In this document: piece after piece, positions 11,155-20,381 of the stretch
Numbering within the stretch: the first letter of the stretch is position 1
Layout: every line of letters starts with the position of its first letter
Source of the DNA: a virus
Lineage: Duplodnaviria; Caudoviricetes
IMG/VR virus record: IMGVR_UViG_3300021426_000072
Span: 32,001 to 96,000 of that record
Reading direction: 5' to 3' (one strand)
DNA length: 64,000 nucleotides
Notes under the pieces: generated by a model
Told to the model about the DNA's origin: nothing
What the model saw: only the letters and a program-made list of their open reading frames with translations
Database searches by the model: none
Position numbers and translations under genes: made by a program

Positions 11155-11438
11155 GTTTTTACCTCCTTTTTAGGGTTTAACTATATAGAAATAGCAAATG
11201 CTAATATGTTTGCAACTTAATTTTTTGTTATGACATCTTAAATGTAAGAAAGGAAAAGTCGATATTGAAAAAGTAAAATTAATCCTGACTTCGAACCACA
11301 ATGGTTAAAAGATGCTATAAAGTCAATGTTAAAAGGACGTTAAAAATCCTACAGCAACGAAGATCAGGACAAGTTATTAAAATAGTAACAACCAACAGTA
11401 AGAGGAGAGGGGAGTGCAAATGCGCTCCCCTCTTTTTA

Positions 11439-11789
11439 TTAATTCTGATCTTCTTTTACTTGATCTTCTTTTTCTCGATTAGATTTGATCATTTCAATTA
11501 TGTTTTTAAAATAGTTCGTTTCTTCTTCAAGAAGGAATGGCTCTGCATCAAGTTTAATTAAATCATACAACCAGTTAATAACATAAGACTTTTTAGAATT
11601 AATTGTATTACGTTTTTGAACTTCGAGTTTTAAAATGCTTTCAACTTCATTCCAACTAGTTGTTTTACTTATAGATAATCCTGAATCAAGAACTATCTGT
11701 TTCCACATCGGCTCTAAATACCATAATCCATTATCTGCTTGAACAATAGTAACATCCATAGCCTTTTTGATGAAAACTTCATTTAGCAT
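11439..11789 (-). CDS. Hypothetical protein
   Basis: 116-aa ORF with GGAGG RBS, co-oriented with the late operon. Confidence 0.65.
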   Translation of the reverse strand: MLNEVFIKKAMDVTIVQADNGLWYLEPMWKQIVLDSGLSISKTTSWNEVESILKLEVQKRNTINSKKSYVINWLYDLIKLDAEPFLLEEETNYFKNIIEMIKSNREKEDQVKEDQN

Positions 11790-12129
11790 ATTAATCCTCC
11801 TCTGCCTTGCCTTCTAAAGTCAAGGTACAAATCATTTTATCGTTCATTTGCTCTTCAGCATAAATAACCGTATCAATGTCAATCCTACCGTATTTGTTAT
11901 GTCGATACATAACAATTGAATCTTTAGGGTATTGAGATAATATTTCAATCAGTTCTCCGACGTTCATGTTTTCACCCCAAAATTACAGCAGTAGAACAAG
12001 CATATTTGTCAACAGATCCTGTTAAATAATATGAGTCTTCAATAGACACTGTATCTATTTCTTTGAAGTCATTTACAACAGGAAGATCAGGAGGTAGTTC
12101 CTGCAATGATAAAATCAAATCTTTTACTG

Positions 12130-12546
12130 TCATTTCTTATCACGCTTCTTGCCTTTAAAGAAATGATTCTTTTCATCATCAGGAATAACGCCTAATAAAT
12201 GCTGAATTGTATTTTGTTCCTTAGTTTCAATTGCACCTTTTTCTTCTTTGTGTTCCTCTTCTTTTTCCGTTTTTTCTTCAACGTATATATAAGGATTAGG
12301 AAGATTTTTTCCCATAATCGATCTGACACAATCAATCATTCTTTGCTTGGAAATTCTTCCGTCGATAGATCCTTTACGCCATTTCACACAGCAAACTTTC
12401 GCTTTGCTGAAGAGCTCATTAGCTTCCTGATCTTTAAAATTGGCTTCCTCTGCTTGCTCTATCCAGTTTCTTGCAGCAGCATTAAATGTGCCTTCGTCTT
12501 TATTCAAGGCTTCTTGCACTTTAGAATATAATTCATAATTCTGCAT
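12130..12546 (-). CDS. Hypothetical protein
   Basis: 138-aa ORF with AAGGAG RBS in the tail region. Confidence 0.7.
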   Translation of the reverse strand: MQNYELYSKVQEALNKDEGTFNAAARNWIEQAEEANFKDQEANELFSKAKVCCVKWRKGSIDGRISKQRMIDCVRSIMGKNLPNPYIYVEEKTEKEEEHKEEKGAIETKEQNTIQHLLGVIPDDEKNHFFKGKKRDKK

Positions 12547-12561
12547 TTTAATTTCTCCTTT

Positions 12562-12951
12562 TTATTTCAAGTATTCTTCGAACCAGCTCATATCGCCAAG
12601 TACTTTTTCGGCGGCTTCCTTCTGTTTTGAACCAGCTTCGATAACCGTCATTTGTCCCGGCATACCAATTAATGTTGCCGCACTATTAGACGTACTTGGC
12701 TTAGAAAGCGGATTTGAATTTTCGATGATACTATTAATTGCTTTACCATCTTTTTTATCAAATACAGTTTTTCCATACATGTTAGAAACTGATTCGAATT
12801 TAATTCGCTTGCCCAAAGCTTCTAAAACATCTTGAAAGAAAACATATGACATATTATTTATTTTATCTTCATCAACTTCGCCCAAGTGAGCCGCTATAGC
12901 TGCGACAGCTTCATCGAGACTTAACGATTCCCTTGGGCTTCCCTGTTTTTT
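12562..12951 (-). CDS. Tail assembly chaperone, frameshifted C-terminal extension (gpGT-like)
   Basis: The -1 frame is open from slippery heptamer A-AAA-AAC (12951-12945) through KQGSPRESLSLDEAVAAIAAHLGEVDEDKINN... to the stop at 12562. Confidence 0.75.
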   Translation of the reverse strand, partial: KKQGSPRESLSLDEAVAAIAAHLGEVDEDKINNMSYVFFQDVLEALGKRIKFESVSNMYGKTVFDKKDGKAINSIIENSNPLSKPSTSNSAATLIGMPGQMTVIEAGSKQKEAAEKVLGDMSWFEEYLK

Positions 12952-13505
12952 CTTTGAGCCTCAAGTTTGTCCTCTATATGATTCAGCCTGCCTACAATTT
13001 GAACTATACGCTCAACTTGTTCTGCGTCCATTTCATTATAGTTATCTCTTACAAAATCAGCATCATCAAACGCAGAAACAAGAAAATCATACACAACAGC
13101 GTCACCATCTCTTGTTTGATCGATAACTCCTGCTTTTAAAACAAGAAGTTCGCTTAAAGGATAGGATTTAAGCAAATTATAAGCAGATGCTGTTTTATTC
13201 CTAAAGTATTTTAATTTGGTTGGTTTAATTTCAATTTTTTCTCCTTTGATGATGACATAATTACTATCGTCGAAAGGAGTTTCTGTTTTAACCGGACTTT
13301 CAGAAGGAACTTCTTCTTTAACAGAAGATTCCATAGGAGTATTAACATTTTGTGGAGATTCCAAAGGGACGCTATTTTTAACAGGCTTTTCAGATGGTAT
13401 CGTGTTATTAGGAGCAGAATCAATAGGAGTAAGAGGAACTTCTGTAAATCCTTCTGGTACTCCCGGAATCTTTGATACCTTTGGTAATTTTGGCATTTCC
13501 TTCAA
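12921..13505 (-). CDS. Tail assembly chaperone (gpG-like)
   Basis: Located between tail tube and tape measure; ends in a slippery site; Pro-rich N-terminal extension. Confidence 0.75.
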   Translation of the reverse strand: MKEMPKLPKVSKIPGVPEGFTEVPLTPIDSAPNNTIPSEKPVKNSVPLESPQNVNTPMESSVKEEVPSESPVKTETPFDDSNYVIIKGEKIEIKPTKLKYFRNKTASAYNLLKSYPLSELLVLKAGVIDQTRDGDAVVYDFLVSAFDDADFVRDNYNEMDAEQVERIVQIVGRLNHIEDKLEAQRKNREAQGNR

Positions 13506-13518
13506 TTCCTTTCAAAAT

Positions 13519-13554
13519 AAAAAAAGGGGATACTGTAAGGTTACAGTATCCCCC
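13519..13554 (-). terminator. Rho-independent terminator after tail tube gene
   Basis: GGGGATACTGTAA/TTACAGTATCCCC stem with a U-tract on the minus strand. Confidence 0.8.
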
Positions 13555-13609
13555 TAAGATTAACTAACTGAACCTTATATATAAAAACCTTATTTGTTAG
13601 CAATCAAAA

Positions 13610-14386
13610 TCAGGCACTCTTCTTCCAATACGCCGTGCTGTAGCAGCCTTCGTCGTTCCGTTTCGCATCCAGAGCCTGAAGTTCGAACGTAAAGGTCGCA
13701 GCGCTCTTGTAAGAAGTGTCCATACCAGGAATCTGAGTGATACGAGCGCGGAACACGCGAACAATGTAATAGCCAATAATGTCAGACTGGCTGCAGTCGT
13801 CGCCAGAACCATACACAGGCCAAATACAAGTCGCTTCGCCAATGGCGCTTTCCTTGTTCGTAACGATCAGTTCCTTAACTTCCTTGACATACTTGTAGAT
13901 AACATCCACAAAATCAATGTCATCATCAGCAGAGAACGTGATCTGCTTACCGTTGACCAGATACTTGCCAGCGGTAATTGTGCCAGAACCAGTTACTTCC
14001 TCCAGACCAGCAATGAAAACAGTGCCAGCAACAGGAGTCTCAATCAGAGTAATCTGATGATTCTGGTCCGGGGAATGCCGTTCCTTGGTGTCCATTTCAT
14101 AGTTGGCATTTGTCTGATAGTCACCAGCCGCAGTTTTGTTTGCCATAGAGAACAGATCGGTATCAAACTGGGCAGAAGTAAAGTTCAGGGTGAAAGTAGA
14201 AGCACCCGGAAGAACGGCTAACGGGAACAGAGACCAACCACCTGTGATATCTGTGGTCTGAATATCGGCGCTGACGGTAGCACTCGCCAGTTCGTCGAAG
14301 GCATAAGCATGTCCATCGCAACGACGGAAAATAACCTTCGGCACGTCAGCAACGTATCCACGCAGGTTAGCATTATAAGTTGCCAT
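13610..14386 (-). CDS. Major tail tube protein
   Basis: Probable start MATYNANLRG with GAGG RBS; beta-rich; C-terminal SAATFTFELQALD; gene position. Confidence 0.75.
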   Translation of the reverse strand: MATYNANLRGYVADVPKVIFRRCDGHAYAFDELASATVSADIQTTDITGGWSLFPLAVLPGASTFTLNFTSAQFDTDLFSMANKTAAGDYQTNANYEMDTKERHSPDQNHQITLIETPVAGTVFIAGLEEVTGSGTITAGKYLVNGKQITFSADDDIDFVDVIYKYVKEVKELIVTNKESAIGEATCIWPVYGSGDDCSQSDIIGYYIVRVFRARITQIPGMDTSYKSAATFTFELQALDAKRNDEGCYSTAYWKKSA

Positions 14387-14544
14387 AGTACATGACCTCT
14401 TTCTAAAATATTTATAACAGCTCCAATTGTTAGTTCTTCCCCAAACCACAATTAAAACTTGTTATACAATAGAGGCCTTCAAATACCCTTTACGACTTAC
14501 CAAGCCGCATGGAATGTATTTATATCCCGCCCATTTTGGCGAAA

Positions 14545-15012
14545 TCATAATACTTTCAAGAAATAATAAGATAATACTTTTCTTGAATAGCCAATAGTTC
14601 TAGTGCCAACATCGTTTCCTCCGTCGGCAGGCCAGAATCTATATCCAGTATCAGCAACATAACGAGACGAACGAAGTAGTGTGTCTAATCGATCTGCAAT
14701 CAGGTCAAGACGCGAAACAAGACGGTCATCTCCTACGTTATACATATCGCTGTCTTTCACATAAATATCGAAAGTAAGAAGTTTTCTTTTGATATTGGGA
14801 ACGCTTGTATCTCCAATAGGAGTTTCAGAATAAATAATTCTACAAACTTCATCTGTTAACAATGCGTTTGTAAATCCAGCTTTAATAAAATACCTTCTGT
14901 CAAACTGAATTATTCCTGCTTTCGGAGGTATTTTCATGAGAACTTTTAATTCATGGTCAGGCCAAATAACTTTTCTTATTATTGTATTCCAATTGTTAGT
15001 CCAACCTATCAT
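14545..15012 (-). CDS. Putative tail terminator/completion protein
   Basis: 155 aa immediately upstream of tail tube; LLTFDIYV...RLDLIADRLDTLL pattern. Confidence 0.55.
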   Translation of the reverse strand: MIGWTNNWNTIIRKVIWPDHELKVLMKIPPKAGIIQFDRRYFIKAGFTNALLTDEVCRIIYSETPIGDTSVPNIKRKLLTFDIYVKDSDMYNVGDDRLVSRLDLIADRLDTLLRSSRYVADTGYRFWPADGGNDVGTRTIGYSRKVLSYYFLKVL

Positions 15013-15419
15013 TTAAACACCTCCTTGAATTCACCAACTATTTGTGGCTCAATTTGTTTTATTACTTCTCGTTTAAATACATCAGAATTAACTAAAACAT
15101 CCTGGACAAGATCATTAATAAAACCTCTCATTAAAAATAATGTTTCATCAATGATATGATTAACCGATGGAACATCTCGGTCCTTTGCCGGTATTCTCTC
15201 TAAGCTGATTCTATTTCCTAAATCAACGTTAAGAATATAGGCAAATGCTTCAGATGCATTCGCTATTTCCTTTTGAGCTTCTTCAGTTTTACACGCAGAT
15301 ATAAAAGATGCTCTTCTGGATAATTCATAATTCTTAGCAAATTGTTCAATCCAAAGAAGTTCTCTTTTAACAACAGAACATAATTCTGTTGACATATTAA
15401 TAACCATGTAAACCACCAT
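15009..15419 (-). CDS. Virion morphogenesis region hypothetical protein
   Basis: ORF overlapping its neighbours in the neck cluster. Confidence 0.55.
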   Translation of the reverse strand: MVVYMVINMSTELCSVVKRELLWIEQFAKNYELSRRASFISACKTEEAQKEIANASEAFAYILNVDLGNRISLERIPAKDRDVPSVNHIIDETLFLMRGFINDLVQDVLVNSDVFKREVIKQIEPQIVGEFKEVFK

Positions 15420-16176
15420 TAGCCCTTTTTGCTTGCAGCTTTAGTGTTCCATACTCTTGATTAAGATCCAAACCTACAGCGTTAACATCCACAATTTCAT
15501 ATGTGTTATTACCCCAATCAAAATAGTGGCCTATTTTAATATTTCTTGTCTGCTCGTTAAATTGAACAGTCATAAGGGTAAGAACACCAGCGATTGTGCC
15601 GGGAGTAGAAGCAACAGCAACATATTCCGGTCTGCCATCGTACCGATAAGCGTTTGCAGGAATAGAATCAACAATTGTTTTCTTTAAAGGACTTTCATCA
15701 TAAGGACGCTCATATTTTTCACGGCTCAATAAATATCCATCTTGATCCACGACATAGCCTTCGTCATCTGTTTCAACTTCCTGATATTCATAAACAGTAA
15801 GTTTCATGTTGCATCTTAAAGCTCTTGAAGGCATGTTGTTGCTTTCTTTATTAATTGCCCAATCTAAAATATATATAGTTCCTTCTGGATCAATTAACAT
15901 ATCGCCTTTTCTAATTCCGCTAGTTAAAGAACATCTTATATTTAAATTATTATCTGTATTTTCATAACGACTTTTTGTAGAATCTGGATATATTTCTCCT
16001 CGAATATATTGTGGAGTATATCCATATAAGAATTTAGTGTACCAGTTATGTAAAAGTTCAAAATTCATAACAGTATTTGGTATATCATTATTTAAAAACT
16101 CATCAAAATCAGCGGCCAGTGTCTTTGGAATCCTGAACCGCTTGGTAGTACCTTGCGGTACATAAGGAACAGACAT
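15397..16176 (-). CDS. Putative head closure / neck protein
   Basis: 259 aa, beta-rich, in head-tail joining position. Confidence 0.55.
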   Translation of the reverse strand: MSVPYVPQGTTKRFRIPKTLAADFDEFLNNDIPNTVMNFELLHNWYTKFLYGYTPQYIRGEIYPDSTKSRYENTDNNLNIRCSLTSGIRKGDMLIDPEGTIYILDWAINKESNNMPSRALRCNMKLTVYEYQEVETDDEGYVVDQDGYLLSREKYERPYDESPLKKTIVDSIPANAYRYDGRPEYVAVASTPGTIAGVLTLMTVQFNEQTRNIKIGHYFDWGNNTYEIVDVNAVGLDLNQEYGTLKLQAKRANGGLHGY

Positions 16177-16188
16177 AGGCTCACCCTC

Positions 16189-16518
16189 TTATGGCATAGT
16201 TTTTGAGATAAATTCGTTAATAGACATACTATTAGCTTTAATCCCGTGATAAGATAAATTTTGAGGTAAACGCTGAATGGCATTTGCCTGATCGAGAATT
16301 TTATGCCGAATCTTATTAAACCTAGCAGTAAGTTCTTCAGGCCAATCTTTCTTTTGTTTATTTCCAGCAAAATAGTAAAAAGCGTCCTCAATGTCCATAA
16401 GAACACGCTTTAATTCAAGATTAAGCATTTCAGTATAATCTGGAAAGCTATATTCTTTTTCTACAACTGTTTCCAGATTTTTATTTTTATACTCAATTTT
16501 CACTTTAAACTCACTCAT
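16189..16518 (-). CDS. Hypothetical protein (neck region)
   Basis: 109-aa ORF with RBS. Confidence 0.6.
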   Translation of the reverse strand: MSEFKVKIEYKNKNLETVVEKEYSFPDYTEMLNLELKRVLMDIEDAFYYFAGNKQKKDWPEELTARFNKIRHKILDQANAIQRLPQNLSYHGIKANSMSINEFISKTMP

Positions 16519-16530
16519 TTACCTTCACCC

Positions 16531-16965
16531 TTAAACCCCGCTTGTTTCGCGGGCCATCATTTTATGAAAAACCCGAATACGTTCAAGTTCAAGAGTATCA
16601 TATTCTTGTCTAACAGACTTATAACCTTCTTTCGCTCCGGTAACAGATAAAGCATCTGTCGTATAACTGATTGCTCCGTCACCAGACAAATCGGAAAGTA
16701 TTTGTGCTAAAAATTTCATTTTAGCAAGAATAAAAATATATTCTTCTTCAACAATATCAAAATCATAATCAAAAACAAGAACGTTATCTTCGGTCGTTGT
16801 GTACAAGGTTCTATCATAACTTTCAGGGTGATTTACATCGACAAAAAACTTTTTAATGGCCTGAACGATAAACTTTACATAATCTTCAGGCGAAAATGGA
16901 TATGCAGACTTACGCAACGAATTTTCAGCTTGAAGATCGTTCGCCATCTCTTTAATGTCGAGCAT
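16531..16965 (-). CDS. Putative head-tail adaptor
   Basis: 144 aa, helical with SYTTDALSV strand; downstream of capsid. Confidence 0.55.
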   Translation of the reverse strand: MLDIKEMANDLQAENSLRKSAYPFSPEDYVKFIVQAIKKFFVDVNHPESYDRTLYTTTEDNVLVFDYDFDIVEEEYIFILAKMKFLAQILSDLSGDGAISYTTDALSVTGAKEGYKSVRQEYDTLELERIRVFHKMMARETSGV

Positions 16966-16985
16966 TTAAATCACTCCTTTTTAAG

Positions 16986-17498
16986 TTAATTATTGTCGGA
17001 GGCTTCTTCTCCAAGCAGATCCCGTGCAGGCATTTTAGACTGAAGCAGTTTTAATTTGCTGGCTGGTAAATCCATGATCTTACCAACTTCCCAAATTTCA
17101 TGCAGTTCCACAGGATCATCGATTTTAGAGATCCACGATTTGAATGAGGCAAAAGGCTTATTCAGCATTTCCATGATTTCATCTGAATCACGATGAGGTT
17201 CGGCGGATTCATCAGTAAAACCACCAAGCTGTTCAAGACTTAACTCATGCCCTTGCTCATCTACCGGTACTAACATTTTCCTAGAAAAAAACTTTTTACG
17301 ATTGCAGATACTCTCAATATAGAGAATATCGTTAACGGAGAGCATAACAAAACTGCCCGGTTTAATGTTGGCAGATAGAATACCGTTGCTCATAGTCACG
17401 CCGATGTCATGAGAACAGCGATTGTATACACGAAATTTCATATCTCCGTTGAAAATTTTGGGTTCATTCATATTGCTCATTTCCTTCATACCTTTCAT
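16986..17498 (-). CDS. Hypothetical virion-region protein
   Basis: 170-aa ORF directly after the major capsid gene. Confidence 0.6.
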   Translation of the reverse strand: MKGMKEMSNMNEPKIFNGDMKFRVYNRCSHDIGVTMSNGILSANIKPGSFVMLSVNDILYIESICNRKKFFSRKMLVPVDEQGHELSLEQLGGFTDESAEPHRDSDEIMEMLNKPFASFKSWISKIDDPVELHEIWEVGKIMDLPASKLKLLQSKMPARDLLGEEASDNN

Positions 17499-17505
17499 TG
17501 AATAA

Positions 17506-17533
17506 GGAGAGGGGCTCTAAGAGCCCCTCTCCG
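17506..17533 (-). terminator. Hairpin after major capsid gene
   Basis: GGAGAGGGGCTCT/AGAGCCCCTCTCC inverted repeat. Confidence 0.7.
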
Positions 17534-17540
17534 TTGTCGT

Positions 17541-18539
17541 TTAACCAATCTCGTAAGCACCGATAGTCGGAACGCTGCCGACAACCCAAGCCGCACCAAA
17601 GCGCTGAGACAGTTCAGTCTCGAACGTATGGTCGTCAATGGTCTGCTGAGTCATGCTGAAAGTCGGGCCTTCATTCAGGACTTTCAGGTTCCGCTGATCG
17701 TTGGAAACACCAGCAGAGATGATGTAAATCCAGTCAGGATCGAGAATAGGCGTGGTCTTGCCATCTTCATATGCATTAACCATCTGCACAACACCACAGC
17801 CATTGTAACGGCCCAGATAACCGTTGTTGTTCTTCTCATCGATCATACTGCCAGAATACTGAATGCTGTTGGCGTTTACAGGAGCACCAGCCAGACCAAA
17901 CAGTCCTTCAACAGCAGCAGCGTCGCCCACCAGGGAAACACCGCCCAAACGCTTGAAGTACTGAAGTTGAGCATCCAGAGTAGCCTTAACAATACCCGTA
18001 CCAGTACCATAGAAAGGAGAACTGTACTGGGCAATCGCATTATGCAGAACCTGCTCAACATGCTTCAGTTTCAGCATCGTGAATTCTTTATTGGCATCAC
18101 GAATCAGATCGGGCATGTTGATACGGCCCATGCGGATATCCCAAACATTGATAGCGGGACGAGCAGCGATTTCAAAGGTATTGATAGAGAACTGACGATC
18201 AGTCACATAGCTACGAGCAGTAGTAGCACCGGTAGCCTGAATGAACGCCTTGATACCAGCAGTCTTCATCCGATACATCGGACGATCACCCAGTCCGACA
18301 TTGCGGATATCAGCAAAGGTCTCCATGAAATTCAGGGAATTCTGTTGCAGTTCATTGATGGTGAACGCAATGATCTGACCGATCTGATACATGTTCTGAG
18401 GATTCATTTCCTGAGCCAGTTCGTTTACGATAGCGGAAGCCTCTTCCACCTTATCGGAATCAACAGATTCACGACGAACCTGAGCAGCCATTACTTTAAT
18501 GAGCTTGCTGTCATTCTTAACTTCGATAGCCATTGTCAT
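17541..18539 (-). CDS. Major capsid protein
   Basis: 332 aa, strong codon bias, gene order portal-protease-decoration-capsid, followed by a hairpin. Confidence 0.85.
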   Translation of the reverse strand: MTMAIEVKNDSKLIKVMAAQVRRESVDSDKVEEASAIVNELAQEMNPQNMYQIGQIIAFTINELQQNSLNFMETFADIRNVGLGDRPMYRMKTAGIKAFIQATGATTARSYVTDRQFSINTFEIAARPAINVWDIRMGRINMPDLIRDANKEFTMLKLKHVEQVLHNAIAQYSSPFYGTGTGIVKATLDAQLQYFKRLGGVSLVGDAAAVEGLFGLAGAPVNANSIQYSGSMIDEKNNNGYLGRYNGCGVVQMVNAYEDGKTTPILDPDWIYIISAGVSNDQRNLKVLNEGPTFSMTQQTIDDHTFETELSQRFGAAWVVGSVPTIGAYEIG

Positions 18540-18547
18540 TCACCTCC

Positions 18548-18982
18548 TTAACCAATAGTACCGTCAGCCTTCAGAGAGTACACAGTACCCACCACAGGCG
18601 TCCCGGTCACACAAGTAGTAACAAACTCTTCACCAAGCAGTAAAGCATGAGCCCGCATCAGTTCACCAACAGGCTGCACGTAATTCCGCTTGTCGTACTC
18701 CTGGTAGTCTTCCACGTTGAACTGGAAGCTGTTTTCTACGAGGAAATGCCGCTTGCCGATTTCCTGAACTTGGAAACGATAAGCAACCACACCGCCGTAA
18801 ATGTCCGTAACTTCCATGCACAGGAACTTCGCATTGCTGTCCGCAGCAGGCAGTACGAACGAATCGGCGTTATTGCCAGTGCCCTGATCCATAATGAGAC
18901 CATTCGGAACAGGATTGGCGGCGCCGTTCTTCAGGGTGCCTTCATAGACATAACCCTGTAACTTAGTCATATAGCCAGCCAT
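18548..18982 (-). CDS. Capsid decoration/cement protein
   Basis: 144 aa between scaffold and capsid; GELMRAHALLLGEEFVT motif; high-expression codon usage. Confidence 0.6.
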   Translation of the reverse strand: MAGYMTKLQGYVYEGTLKNGAANPVPNGLIMDQGTGNNADSFVLPAADSNAKFLCMEVTDIYGGVVAYRFQVQEIGKRHFLVENSFQFNVEDYQEYDKRNYVQPVGELMRAHALLLGEEFVTTCVTGTPVVGTVYSLKADGTIG

Positions 18983-19020
18983 AGCTAGTCATTCCTTTCA
19001 TAAGAAATAATCTCTGTTGA

Positions 19021-20256
19021 TTACTTTTCAAGCAGAGAATAATTTGTTCTGGGAGTTTCGCTTTCAAGTAAAGAATATTTCTTCGTAGAAGAAAGATCTC
19101 CCATAAACGGATTGATTTCCGCCGTAACTGTAGTCTTTTCAGCCGTCACTTTGGCTTGTTTCATTTCCTCAATTTCGGCTTTAAGAGCTGCTACGACCTC
19201 TGATAACTCAGCGATCATTTGTTCAGCGGTCTTCTTTTGTTCCACATCGATGACAGGCGGGTCTTCTTCAGCAGTTTCATCGCCAGGATCATCAGAGGGA
19301 TCATCTGAACCTGAATCATCTCCAGATTCAGAAGAATCGTTGCCAGAATCTTCTGCCGCATCTCCATCTGGAGCTTCAGCAATTTCAGATTCTGCAACAT
19401 GGATACCGTCAGTTGTTTCAACCAGAGTACCCTCTTCTACTTGACTTGTCTCGGTGGAAACGCTTACAGACTGACGAACTTCTTTGCCCGTTTCTGTATC
19501 ATAAGCCACCTGAACATGTGTTTCGTCGTGGTATTCCCGTGTAACAACAGCAGCATTTTCATTAGTGGTTTCAGGATTTTCCTGTTCACCGGTTTCTTGT
19601 TCAGCCACAACAGGCTGAGTGACTTCAGTTTCAGCAACTTCAGTCTTGGCTTTGGCTCCTGTCATTTCACTCTCGCCTCCTTCGGCTTCATCTGCTTTCT
19701 GTGCCACTAATTCTAGTGCCACAGCTTCTTCGCAGGCAGGATAGGTTACAATAGCTGTACCTTCCAGATAATTGTGTTCAGACGCATCAATAAGGATCGT
19801 TTCATCATCAAGTTCATCATATTCTCCAACGGCGACTTCAAAAGAGAACTTTAAAGCACCTTCGGCAAACAGCTCAGAAATAGCTTTACTCAATTTGCGA
19901 TTACGCTTAGGAATTCTGGCATAGCCAATTAAGGCGCAAGAATCTCCGTTGACTTCTTTTTCAAACTTGTAAAAAGATCCGATTTGCGTCGAATGAAACT
20001 CGCCTGTTTTTTCGTCATACAGATGACCAAGGCGATTGTAGTTTCCGTTGATTAAAGCCTTTTTATCGGCATACAACGGAAGCCCAACATACCGTGCTTC
20101 ATTACCTACAATTTCATCAATGAACGCTTCAGTAACTCTCGCACCATTAAGATTCGCCTGTGGTGCTTCACAGATGCGGGCCTTCACAGTCATATAGATG
20201 TCTGACTGTTGAATTTCGGAGATGACAGAAGCAAAAACAAATTTACTCATATCCAT
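19021..20256 (-). CDS. Prohead protease/scaffold
   Basis: N-terminal protease-like domain (ANLNG, LGHL, FSFEV, AIVTYPA) plus acidic disordered and coiled-coil C-terminus. Confidence 0.75.
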   Translation of the reverse strand: MDMSKFVFASVISEIQQSDIYMTVKARICEAPQANLNGARVTEAFIDEIVGNEARYVGLPLYADKKALINGNYNRLGHLYDEKTGEFHSTQIGSFYKFEKEVNGDSCALIGYARIPKRNRKLSKAISELFAEGALKFSFEVAVGEYDELDDETILIDASEHNYLEGTAIVTYPACEEAVALELVAQKADEAEGGESEMTGAKAKTEVAETEVTQPVVAEQETGEQENPETTNENAAVVTREYHDETHVQVAYDTETGKEVRQSVSVSTETSQVEEGTLVETTDGIHVAESEIAEAPDGDAAEDSGNDSSESGDDSGSDDPSDDPGDETAEEDPPVIDVEQKKTAEQMIAELSEVVAALKAEIEEMKQAKVTAEKTTVTAEINPFMGDLSSTKKYSLLESETPRTNYSLLEK

Positions 20257-20381
20257 TCTCCCTTTGCTTTCGCGTTCAGTGGGGGAAGACAAAGAGCGCT
20301 CAAGCGAATCTATGGTAAACACCATAAGGTGTAACCATTAAAATAAGCGGGACTTACACCCGAAGGATGCCCGCATTTCTG

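Noticed and set aside
12062-12075. Fourth copy of the promoter motif (TTTGAAGTCATTTA)
   Set aside because: Lacks the GGTACC and ATAAGGG parts and lies antisense within the late operon.
17628-18551. 307-aa plus-strand ORF
   Set aside because: Antisense shadow of the codon-biased major capsid gene.
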